Origin: an uncultured Candidatus Saccharibacteria bacterium
GTDB lineage: Bacteria > Patescibacteriota > Minisyncoccia > Phycocordibacterales > CAIRYW01
Reading direction: 5' to 3'
Assembly (NCBI GenBank): GCA_964446625.1
Contig: CAYUPH010000001.1
Span: 6,283 to 70,282 of the forward strand
Length of the DNA stretch: 64,000 bases
Below the pieces are notes generated by a model. It was not told where the DNA came from, did not search any database, and saw only the letters and a list, made by a program, of their open reading frames with translations. Each line of letters opens with the position of its first letter. The first letter of the stretch is position 1. A program made the position numbers and the translations under genes. This document shows positions 56,423-64,000 of the stretch, piece by piece.

Positions 56423-58429
56423 TTAGCCAGAAACCTCGTCCCAGTTCTCTACAACCCAGGAACTTGAGTCGCCCGATCCAAAATCAATGTTTGTTAGTCC
56501 AGAATCATAGATAACTGTGGAGCCTCCGCCTATATAAAGCTCTTTTGCAGTGACTTGTTTTAGTGTTGATCCTCCTGTAATACTTACTTTTCCGTTTGGT
56601 GCATAGACGATAACGGCTCCAGAGCCTCCACTAATATTGACCGCATCAACTCCCCCTCCACAGCTTCCAGGACAAGTACTCAGGCTTGCGATCATAAGAT
56701 AACTTCCCGATGTACCTGACCCGTTAAAATAACCTCCTCCTGAGGTGTCTGCTCTCCCATCAGTTAAAATAAGTCCGTCTGCGGCGCCTACTGAAGAATC
56801 CAGAGTGATGTAAGAACCGCCAGAGAGAGTTATATTTCCAACCGACCAAAGAGTATCTTTGGCATAGTAGTGTGCTCCTCCTGTAACAGTTGTCGTTCCT
56901 CCGACTTTTGTCTTTCCCGCAGTTAAACTATTCGAACCTACAGAAAGATTACCTCCTACCTGTAGCGAATTTGCTGTCATTGTCGCTCCCCCTGTTACAG
57001 TAAGGTTTCCTGTGACATATAGATCTCCAAAAACTGCCGCTCCTCCTCCGTTAATAGTGAGATTTCCATTTATTCTTCGCAAACTAGTTGTGGTTGTCCC
57101 CGCGTACCCAATTGTAAGGTCTCCGGTTTTTGTCCACCCTCCGCTTATAGCATTTATAGCATCAGTTACTAGCGTTTTCCATTCAGTAATATTTGCATCA
57201 GAGATTGGGTAGCTCAAAACAGGAGCACTGGTTTGAAAAGTACAACTTTTTGCAGCTCCACCTGAAAGCGCATATACATAGGTATTGTTTTGACAGTATA
57301 AATTCCCTGCCACATCTGCGTTTGTTACTTCATACGCCCACGCATTTCCTGTTGTTCCGGTTCCTATTCTAATTCTATTGTATTGACCAAGGCCTTGAAT
57401 CTTACTAATTACTCCTCCTACATAGACATCAAAAATCATATCTCCGTTTGATGGTGAAACACTACTCCATGTTCCTCCACTTGACGCATTCCAACTACCC
57501 GACTTTGCAACACCATTAGCATACGTACCGTTTGTAACCTTTGTTGAATAATACTTCGTGTTGTGGTTTGTCCCGTAATCAAGCACTAACCAGTACTGTA
57601 CACCGGGAGTAAGTGTAAGTGTTGTAGAAAGCGGAACAGGAACATAATCAAAGGTTGTTGAAACCGATGAAGCTAAAATTGTTTTTGTTGTAAGTGTTGT
57701 ACCTCCAGGATTTGACCCATTGTTTGATACAATTCGCATTGTAAGATCACTTACTCCGCCCGTTTTCTTTAGGTACACTCTCACAAATGAAACTGCAGTT
57801 GTCGTTGAAACTTGAAATCCTTGTGCAATATCTTGAAGAGCTGAAGTTTTTCCGAAATCTACAGTCGTTGTTGTGGTATCAGTATTACTCTGATGGAGTA
57901 CAGGGTCTGCATCATTTGCCACAGTTGCAGAGCCAGTAATAATTGCTGCGGCGCTTTGCATAATTATATTTCCATTAGAGTACACACTTCCGTTTATTGT
58001 CCCACTACTAATTGTGATTCCTCCTGTTCCTATCTGTGCAGTGTAGTTCAGGGACACACCTGCTCCTCGAGAAAACCTTCCACTCGAAGACCGAACAGGA
58101 ATACCTGCATCTCCTGTAGCCATAATTTCAGTTGCTCCTTCTGCGTTTGTTGTCACAATAGCACTCGAGGTAATTCCAGAAGAAAATGCAAGCACAAAAC
58201 TTGTGGGAAGAGTCCAACCATTATTCAGTCGGTATAAAGCATCCTCTGTTGCTGAATCAGCAGCAAGATAACTTTGTCTTGATTTAAACGCCTCACGAGC
58301 GGAACGAATTTGGTTCGATGCAGGAACCACAATACCGATAATAAGCACTGAGGAGATAATAATAAAAAGAAGAAGCGCCATCATGACAACCATACCTTTT
58401 TTTGTATCTTTTCTTTCTTTTGTTTGCAT
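56423..58429 (-). CDS. large pilus-locus protein (about 670 aa): N-terminal TM anchor, then a Thr/Gly/Ser-rich repetitive extracellular region (possible beta-helix adhesin); not a canonical prepilin
   Basis: Hydrophobic N-terminus (MVVMMALLLFIIISSVLIIGIVV) lacks the G-F/Y-x-L-x-E prepilin motif. It sits immediately downstream of three prepilin genes. Confidence 0.5.
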   Translation of the reverse strand: MQTKERKDTKKGMVVMMALLLFIIISSVLIIGIVVPASNQIRSAREAFKSRQSYLAADSATEDALYRLNNGWTLPTSFVLAFSSGITSSAIVTTNAEGATEIMATGDAGIPVRSSSGRFSRGAGVSLNYTAQIGTGGITISSGTINGSVYSNGNIIMQSAAAIITGSATVANDADPVLHQSNTDTTTTTVDFGKTSALQDIAQGFQVSTTTAVSFVRVYLKKTGGVSDLTMRIVSNNGSNPGGTTLTTKTILASSVSTTFDYVPVPLSTTLTLTPGVQYWLVLDYGTNHNTKYYSTKVTNGTYANGVAKSGSWNASSGGTWSSVSPSNGDMIFDVYVGGVISKIQGLGQYNRIRIGTGTTGNAWAYEVTNADVAGNLYCQNNTYVYALSGGAAKSCTFQTSAPVLSYPISDANITEWKTLVTDAINAISGGWTKTGDLTIGYAGTTTTSLRRINGNLTINGGGAAVFGDLYVTGNLTVTGGATMTANSLQVGGNLSVGSNSLTAGKTKVGGTTTVTGGAHYYAKDTLWSVGNITLSGGSYITLDSSVGAADGLILTDGRADTSGGGYFNGSGTSGSYLMIASLSTCPGSCGGGVDAVNISGGSGAVIVYAPNGKVSITGGSTLKQVTAKELYIGGGSTVIYDSGLTNIDFGSGDSSSWVVENWDEVSG

Positions 58430-58430
58430 A

Positions 58431-58976
58431 TTATTGATATGAACCCCTAAGAACTGCTGTATCATAGAAGTTTTCAATCTTGTCTGGATTGTCGTTTGGA
58501 TTTATAGCAAGCTGAATTTTAAGAGCCTCGCTTACAGTACTCACTGAGTGTCTAAAACGAAGAGATTGGATTTCGGTCCGACTTGAGGTAATAGGTCCCG
58601 TAAGTACACCATCTTCTTCGAGCATGAGCTGTCCATTTGAAATATAAAATCGCACGGAGTGCGGAGAGCCTGATATCATTTTATTTAACTTAAGAACTCC
58701 AAGCTCTGGATCACAACCATCGCGAAACGGAGGATCATACAGGCATGAGCTCGAAGTGTCCACAGAACTTGCTGATCGAATTTCTCTTATCATTCGGTCC
58801 ATGGCAGCAATTGCAGAAGTCTCGATACGAGTAACATCTTTTGCGTCAGAAAAACTACGCAGTAAACTTGAGGAAGCATAGGTAACCGCAGAAATAAAAA
58901 CAGAAAGTAGAGCAACATACACTATCGCTTCAACAAGAGAGTATCCTTTTTTAATTTGAGAAGATGTTTGTAACAT
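58431..58976 (-). CDS. type IV pilin-like (prepilin N-terminus KKGYSLVEAIVYVALLSV)
   Basis: G-Y-S-L-V-E class III signal-peptide motif with Glu at +5. Confidence 0.6.
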   Translation of the reverse strand: MLQTSSQIKKGYSLVEAIVYVALLSVFISAVTYASSSLLRSFSDAKDVTRIETSAIAAMDRMIREIRSASSVDTSSSCLYDPPFRDGCDPELGVLKLNKMISGSPHSVRFYISNGQLMLEEDGVLTGPITSSRTEIQSLRFRHSVSTVSEALKIQLAINPNDNPDKIENFYDTAVLRGSYQ

Positions 58977-59427
58977 ACGCTTCCATTGATTTTGTACTTG
59001 TTGCCGACCCATCTTTCCAAGCAACCGTCACAGTTACTTTTTTTGTGTTTGAATCAACCGTTCCACCGCTCGTGACTATGTCATGATTTCCATCACGGCT
59101 TACAGCAGATAAAACAAATGTCCTATCGAAAGTACCATCTACAAAAGTATTTGTTGTCGTAGCTTGCCAATGACTATTTGACCACGCAAGTCTATACGAA
59201 GTTCCATTAGAAAGTGAAGAGATGTAAGAAGCGTACCCAAAATCTCTCATATTTTTTAGTGCCTCGATTCCCTCTTCCGCAAGAAATGCTGCTTGTAGTT
59301 GAGCTGTATTTTTTTGAGTAGCAACAAGCGCAATAGCATACGAAGAAAAAATTGATACTACAACCAAAAGTAGTATTGATGACGCTATTACTATTTCAAC
59401 AACTGAAAATCCTTTTTGGTTTTTCAT
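58951..59427 (-). CDS. type IV pilin-like (prepilin N-terminus KGFSVVEIVIASSILLLVV)
   Basis: G-F-S-V-V-E prepilin motif followed by a hydrophobic helix. Confidence 0.6.
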   Translation of the reverse strand: MKNQKGFSVVEIVIASSILLLVVVSIFSSYAIALVATQKNTAQLQAAFLAEEGIEALKNMRDFGYASYISSLSNGTSYRLAWSNSHWQATTTNTFVDGTFDRTFVLSAVSRDGNHDIVTSGGTVDSNTKKVTVTVAWKDGSATSTKSMEAYVTNIFSN

Positions 59428-59438
59428 GTAACTTCACT

Positions 59439-59903
59439 TTATTGTACCTCAGAAAGCCCTGTGCCGTAAATTGTTATTGTCTTTGTATCTCCACTTTGAT
59501 TTCTAATAGTAATGCTTCCCGTTGCACTTGGTTCACCACTTAGCTTATTAAAATAAAAATTCGTTGCTCCATTTGAAAGACTTACTCCAGAAATCGTATG
59601 CCCACCAGACAAAGTGTAAACAGATGAACTAGCGGCGGTAACTGCACTTGTACCGTAGTAGATCGTAACCGTACTGGATGCAAATGATACACCATGCGCC
59701 TCAAGGTTTAGTGAGTTAATTGCATTTGTCCTTGTTCTATTTATGTATGAGAGCACTACCTCAGCTTCTTTATCGAGCGTCTTTGTATTGGAAATAGTCC
59801 TAAAGCTAGAAACAGAAATACCTGTAAGGATCCCAAGGATTGCAACTACCATAAGAATCTCTATGAGCGTTATTCCTCTTTTAAAATTAGTTTTTGAAAA
59901 CAT
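59439..59903 (-). CDS. type IV pilin / pseudopilin (RGITLIEILMVVAILGILTGI)
   Basis: Canonical G-I-T-L-I-E-I-L prepilin leader plus hydrophobic helix. Confidence 0.7.
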   Translation of the reverse strand: MFSKTNFKRGITLIEILMVVAILGILTGISVSSFRTISNTKTLDKEAEVVLSYINRTRTNAINSLNLEAHGVSFASSTVTIYYGTSAVTAASSSVYTLSGGHTISGVSLSNGATNFYFNKLSGEPSATGSITIRNQSGDTKTITIYGTGLSEVQ

Positions 59904-59907
59904 GTTT

Positions 59908-61122
59908 TTATTTTACACCATTTAATACAGAGTACATTGGTGTAATCATTGAAAAAACAAAGAACCCGACCGCAACACCAATAATAATCATAAGAACCGG
60001 CTCAATGATTGTTGAAAGATCTTTTGTTTTTTGGTCTACTTCTAACTCATAGAACTCCGCAACCTCTTTTAGCATTTGTGCCATGTTTCCCGTTTCTTCT
60101 CCCACACTCATCATTTCCGCAATAAAGGGCGGATAAAGCTTTGGGTAACGAAGGAAAACTTCTGAAACTGGGAGCCCCTTCTCGACTGCGTTTTTAGCTT
60201 CAAGAAGAACAAGTTTGTAGTGTCCATTTTGAAGAACCTCACTTGTTATCTCAACCGCTCTCACAACTGGCACACCAGAGGAGAGGAGTGATGAGAGAGT
60301 TCGAGCACTTCGAGCCGTATTTGTCTCAATCACTATATTCCCAATAACAGGTACCTTCACAAAAACAGTATCAAGAATCTTTTTACCGGCCTTTGTTTTA
60401 AACGCTGAAACAATTCCAAAAACTACAAGAACCAGGAGAAGAATTGCTAAAACATAATGATTCTTCAGAAAATCACTTGCTCCAATAATCATTTTTGTTG
60501 TTGGTGGAAGTTCAACACCGAGCTCAATAAACGTCTGAGAAAGACTTGGAACAACAATAGTAAGCATGAGAACTCCGACTCCTGCCATAAGAGTAAGAAT
60601 AACGCATGGATAAATCATTGCTCCTCTAACTTTTCGAACAAGATTGTAGTTCTTTTCCATCTGCATTGATACAAGAAGGAGAGACTCCGAGAGAGACCCG
60701 CTCTCCTCTCCTGCTTTTACCATTGAAACAAAAAGAGCATTAAACACCTTGGGGTAAATCGCCATGCTTTCATTTAAAGTTTTTCCTTCTGCGACACTTG
60801 TCTGTAAACCAGTTAAGACTTCTTTAAATATTTTTGTTTTTGTCTGTCTTCCAATTACCTCGAGCGCTCTTGAGAGAGCAAGACCCGCTTTGAGCATCGA
60901 ACCCAAATTTCGAGCAAAGTTTACTTTGTCGTGCATTGAAACTCCACTTCCAAAAGTAATATGTGCAAGTGAAAAAGTTTTCTCGTTTACTTCTTCAATT
61001 TTTGTTGGAAGTATCGCATCTTTTTTTAGTTCGTGAAAAAGCGCGAATTTATTTTCCGCTTCACGTGTTACTTCTACCTCCTCACCGCTTGGTCCTTTAA
61101 AATGAACTCTATACTTTTGCAT
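59908..61122 (-). CDS. pilC: type IV pilus assembly platform protein PilC / GspF family
   Basis: Two T2SS-F domains with 3 TM segments; 404 aa. Confidence 0.85.
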   Translation of the reverse strand: MQKYRVHFKGPSGEEVEVTREAENKFALFHELKKDAILPTKIEEVNEKTFSLAHITFGSGVSMHDKVNFARNLGSMLKAGLALSRALEVIGRQTKTKIFKEVLTGLQTSVAEGKTLNESMAIYPKVFNALFVSMVKAGEESGSLSESLLLVSMQMEKNYNLVRKVRGAMIYPCVILTLMAGVGVLMLTIVVPSLSQTFIELGVELPPTTKMIIGASDFLKNHYVLAILLLVLVVFGIVSAFKTKAGKKILDTVFVKVPVIGNIVIETNTARSARTLSSLLSSGVPVVRAVEITSEVLQNGHYKLVLLEAKNAVEKGLPVSEVFLRYPKLYPPFIAEMMSVGEETGNMAQMLKEVAEFYELEVDQKTKDLSTIIEPVLMIIIGVAVGFFVFSMITPMYSVLNGVK

Positions 61123-61126
61123 TATT

Positions 61127-62881
61127 TTACTCAGAAATTACACGAAGCACTTCCTCGATAGTTGTAATTCCTTGAACAGCTTTAACAATTCCATCTTCAA
61201 TCATAGTGAGCATTCCTTCTTTTTTTGCTTGTGTCTCAATTTCTGCCGCTGTTCCCCCTTTCATTACTATATCTCTAATTGAAGGAGTCATTTTTAGAAC
61301 TTCGTGAATACCAATTCGTCCATGAAAACCATCCGCACATTCGAGTGTAATATTTGGTTTCCAGAATTGAACAGTTGCCCAAGTTGCACCACTGTCTACA
61401 ATTTTTTCTGTCTTCATCGTGGTGAGAACTTTTTCTAAATCAATTTTTTTTCCTAGATTCTCAAGTTCTGCAGGAGAAAGTACATATTTTTCTTTCGGCT
61501 TTTCAAGTCTACGAATAAGTCGCTGTCCTACAACAACGTTTAATGTTGAAACAAGAAGAAAAGACTCTGCATGCATATCAAGAAGCCTTGGAATTGCTCC
61601 TGCTGCTGAGTTAGTGTGGAGAGTTGAAAGCACAAGATGTCCCGTGAGGGCTGCATTGATTGCAAGAGATGCTGTCTCATTGTCTCGAATTTCCCCCACC
61701 ATAATAATATCGGGGTCCTGTCTTACGAGAGACCGAAGTCCTGACGCAAATGTAAATCCAATTTCTGGTTTTACTTGTGTCTGGTTTACCCTTTTCATCT
61801 GGTACTCAACCGGGTCTTCAATTGTTGAAATATTTACATCTGGAGTGTTTAGAATATCAAGAATTGTATAGAGTGTGGTTGTCTTTCCGCTACCTGTTGG
61901 TCCAGTTGTTAAAATCATACCAGTTGTGAGCTTAGTTGCATCGTGAATCCTCTCGAGTCCTTCTCCAAAAAAACCAAGAGATTCTAACGTAAAACCAGAT
62001 ACATTTTCTCGAAGAAGTCGCATTACTGTTTTTTCTCCAAAATATGTAGGAAGAATAGACACACGAAATGCTACCTTCTCATTGTTCATGTCCACCTTAA
62101 ACCGTCCATCTTGAGGAAGTCTTTTCTCATCGAGCTTTAAGTTTGAAAGCACTTTAATACGCGCCGTGATTCCAGAACCTGCAATTTTAGGAAGAACCAT
62201 TGCATCTTGAAGAAGCCCGTCAATTCTGTATCGAACAATGACTTCATTTTCGTAGGGCTCAATATGTATGTCTGACGCATCTTGAAGAATTGCATGCTTA
62301 AGAAGTGTATCAACAATACGCACCACCGGCAGATCCTCTGCCATCTTTTTTAGATCCGTTTCACTCTCATCCCCTCCCTCAATTTCAGAAGCGATTGCTT
62401 TTATATTTCCAGATTCCTTTTGAATAATATCTCCGAAGTCCGCCTTTAAACTCTTTTGGTATTGAAGAAGTGCAGATTTGATCGACTCTACACTAGTAAG
62501 CCTCGGCAAAATCTTGAGACCAGTTTTTTTCTTTACAAAATCAATTGCAGAGAGGTCGTCAGTATCAAGCATCGCAACCTGGAGACCGTCATTGTTTTTT
62601 CGAAAAGCAACAATGTTGTGATTTCGAGCAATAGGCTCAGGAATGAGAGACACGATTCCAAAATCTAGTTTTTCGTCCTTTAAATCAACAAATGGAATCC
62701 CGAGTATGTAAGCCTGCATTCTCCGTAGGTCTTCGTCGGAAATCTTTCCTTTCGTCACAAGAGCAGTTCCCACCGAAACATCTTTGTCTTTTGCTTCTTT
62801 TTCTGCAGATTCAAAATCAGGTTTTGATACCAAACCAGAATCCAAAATAAATTCAGAGAGTTGCTTCTCGTTAATAAACAT
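61127..62881 (-). CDS. pilB: type IV pilus assembly ATPase PilB / GspE family
   Basis: Walker A GPTGSGKTTTLY, Asp box, His box, N-terminal GSPII domain. Confidence 0.9.
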   Translation of the reverse strand: MFINEKQLSEFILDSGLVSKPDFESAEKEAKDKDVSVGTALVTKGKISDEDLRRMQAYILGIPFVDLKDEKLDFGIVSLIPEPIARNHNIVAFRKNNDGLQVAMLDTDDLSAIDFVKKKTGLKILPRLTSVESIKSALLQYQKSLKADFGDIIQKESGNIKAIASEIEGGDESETDLKKMAEDLPVVRIVDTLLKHAILQDASDIHIEPYENEVIVRYRIDGLLQDAMVLPKIAGSGITARIKVLSNLKLDEKRLPQDGRFKVDMNNEKVAFRVSILPTYFGEKTVMRLLRENVSGFTLESLGFFGEGLERIHDATKLTTGMILTTGPTGSGKTTTLYTILDILNTPDVNISTIEDPVEYQMKRVNQTQVKPEIGFTFASGLRSLVRQDPDIIMVGEIRDNETASLAINAALTGHLVLSTLHTNSAAGAIPRLLDMHAESFLLVSTLNVVVGQRLIRRLEKPKEKYVLSPAELENLGKKIDLEKVLTTMKTEKIVDSGATWATVQFWKPNITLECADGFHGRIGIHEVLKMTPSIRDIVMKGGTAAEIETQAKKEGMLTMIEDGIVKAVQGITTIEEVLRVISE

Positions 62882-62940
62882 ACATATATTATAAATTCAA
62901 AAACTCAATTTCGAAAGGTAAAACTAGGTAAAACAAAAAG

Positions 62941-62966
62941 CGCCCGAGCTTCGCTCGGGCGCTTTC
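62941..62966. terminator. terminator hairpin (AGCGCCCGAGC-ttc-GCTCGGGCGCT), T run on the minus strand
   Basis: 11-bp GC hairpin just downstream of the 62969 stop. Confidence 0.55.
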
Positions 62967-62968
62967 CT

Positions 62969-64000
62969 TTATTTATTCCAGAAAATAATCGCTCCCACTG
63001 CCTTTGTAAATCCATTTTTTAGTTTCTGTAGGAAACTTGTCTCTACATTACTTGGATTTATGTAACAAGTCGCACTTGCTGTTTGCGATGCCCCTACTTT
63101 TACTCCGTTCTTATCTTCCTGCCAACACTCAAGTGTGTAAGTTGTTTCAGCTTGGAGACCAACTGCAGTATATACTCCGTTACTGTACGGACCAGCTTCA
63201 GAAGGGTTGCTCGGATGGAATTTAAATATGGTCTGTGCAGGCGTTTTAAATGCACATACTGTATCACTGTTGTAACTTTGCGCACCGAAGCTTCCTGCAA
63301 AAGAAATCGAACAGTTCTCTCCTTTATTGATTCGAAGTGGTGACGCAGCAATTGGATTCAGTGCAACTGTACAAGCAGGATTTGGGTTAGCTGGATCTAT
63401 TATGAGACACTCATTTTGACACACACCTCCAGAAGGTAGTGGGTCTCCATTTGGACAAGTTGTCGGTGGTGTTGGACCAGGCCCGTTATGTCCATTCCCC
63501 CCTCCACAACTTCCACTAACACAAGGACATTCACCACTTGCAGGAACAGGTGTCGTTGTTCCTGGACAGAAGTTATCTCCCCCTCCCGAACAGGTAGCTG
63601 GCACAGTGACAGAGAACTCTGAACTTGTCACTTCTCCGCCACTGTTTGATGAGACAACTTTATAATAGTATGTGTTTCCAAGTACTACGTTATTATCGAA
63701 CTCAGAATAGCTATTTGATTCAACTTCTAGTGAACTTTGGCTTATGGTAAGTATTGGACTTCCTAGATTAGGTGTAAATCCACTTGTTGTACCTCGATAT
63801 ACTTTATGTGTTACTGGAACTGTTCCAGATTGTGCATGTGCTAACAATCCCACCTTAGGGCTTGTACCCGAACACCATGCTGCTGCAGTAGTAGTTATTC
63901 CTTGCGGTGTAATAATACAGCTTGGTGTTCTGACTTCTACCGTTGGTGAAGTTGGCGCGGTTCCTACACTGTTTGTTGCAACAACTCGGTAGTAGTATGT
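62969..64000 (-). CDS. secreted Cys-rich protein with FN3/Ig-like repeats, partial (N-terminus beyond the window edge)
   Basis: The reading frame remains open upstream of the GTG used by the ORF track through to position 64000. It contains repeated YYY(K/R)VV..NS.G motifs and a Cys/Gly/Pro-rich segment. Confidence 0.5.
   Translation of the reverse strand, partial: TYYYRVVATNSVGTAPTSPTVEVRTPSCIITPQGITTTAAAWCSGTSPKVGLLAHAQSGTVPVTHKVYRGTTSGFTPNLGSPILTISQSSLEVESNSYSEFDNNVVLGNTYYYKVVSSNSGGEVTSSEFSVTVPATCSGGGDNFCPGTTTPVPASGECPCVSGSCGGGNGHNGPGPTPPTTCPNGDPLPSGGVCQNECLIIDPANPNPACTVALNPIAASPLRINKGENCSISFAGSFGAQSYNSDTVCAFKTPAQTIFKFHPSNPSEAGPYSNGVYTAVGLQAETTYTLECWQEDKNGVKVGASQTASATCYINPSNVETSFLQKLKNGFTKAVGAIIFWNK

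Noticed and set aside
1-64000. CRISPR arrays, rRNA genes, transposase/IS elements
   Set aside because: No regularly spaced direct repeats with unique spacers, no rRNA-like conserved stretches and no transposase-like ORFs were found on either strand. The only recombinase is the partial serine recombinase at the left edge.

Overview
This window is an AT-rich bacterial chromosome segment (by eye around 40% G+C) with a Patescibacteria/CPR-like gene repertoire. It is dominated by translation genes and a pilus/competence locus, interrupted by accessory insertions.

Main contents:
- Most of the S10-spc-secY ribosomal-protein supercluster lies on the minus strand (rpsJ through rpsZ, rplF to rplO, secY, adk, map), together with tuf, fusA, rpsG, rpsL, rplJ, rplL and rpmB.
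- An infC-rpmI-rplT operon is present.
- ftsH, recG, recJ, rnhA, ndk, pgk, tpiA, a HIT protein, an Fe/Mn superoxide dismutase, an M50 protease and a beta-CASP ribonuclease are recognisable.
- A ComEC gene is split into two ORFs.
- A type IV pilus / competence-pilus locus (pilB, pilC, three or four prepilins) is present.
- ssrA (tmRNA) and smpB form an adjacent convergent pair.
- There are two tRNAs: Ser-GCU and an unusual Ile-type tRNA with a UAU anticodon.

Accessory and unusual content:
- The left edge (1..2650) is a compositionally distinct, more G+C-rich island. It carries the 3' end of a large serine recombinase and three unknown genes, one of them a DUF2726 nuclease-fold protein, and ends at tRNA-Ser.
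- Two strikingly G+C-rich single-gene islets (15.3-16.0 kb and 45.0-46.1 kb) each have their own promoter region and terminator.
- A two-gene operon (2815..5383) pairs an unknown 464-aa protein with a cyanophycin-synthetase-like ATP-grasp enzyme.
- A VirD4/TraG-like coupling ATPase has a novel 480-aa N-terminal domain.
- Several secreted CAP, cadherin and peptidoglycan-binding proteins and the G+C-rich secreted gene are inserted into the str operon.
- Small opposite-strand genes are inserted inside the spc and S10 operons.
- A partial duplicate of the ssrA 3' end lies downstream of tmRNA.

No rRNA and no CRISPR array were seen.
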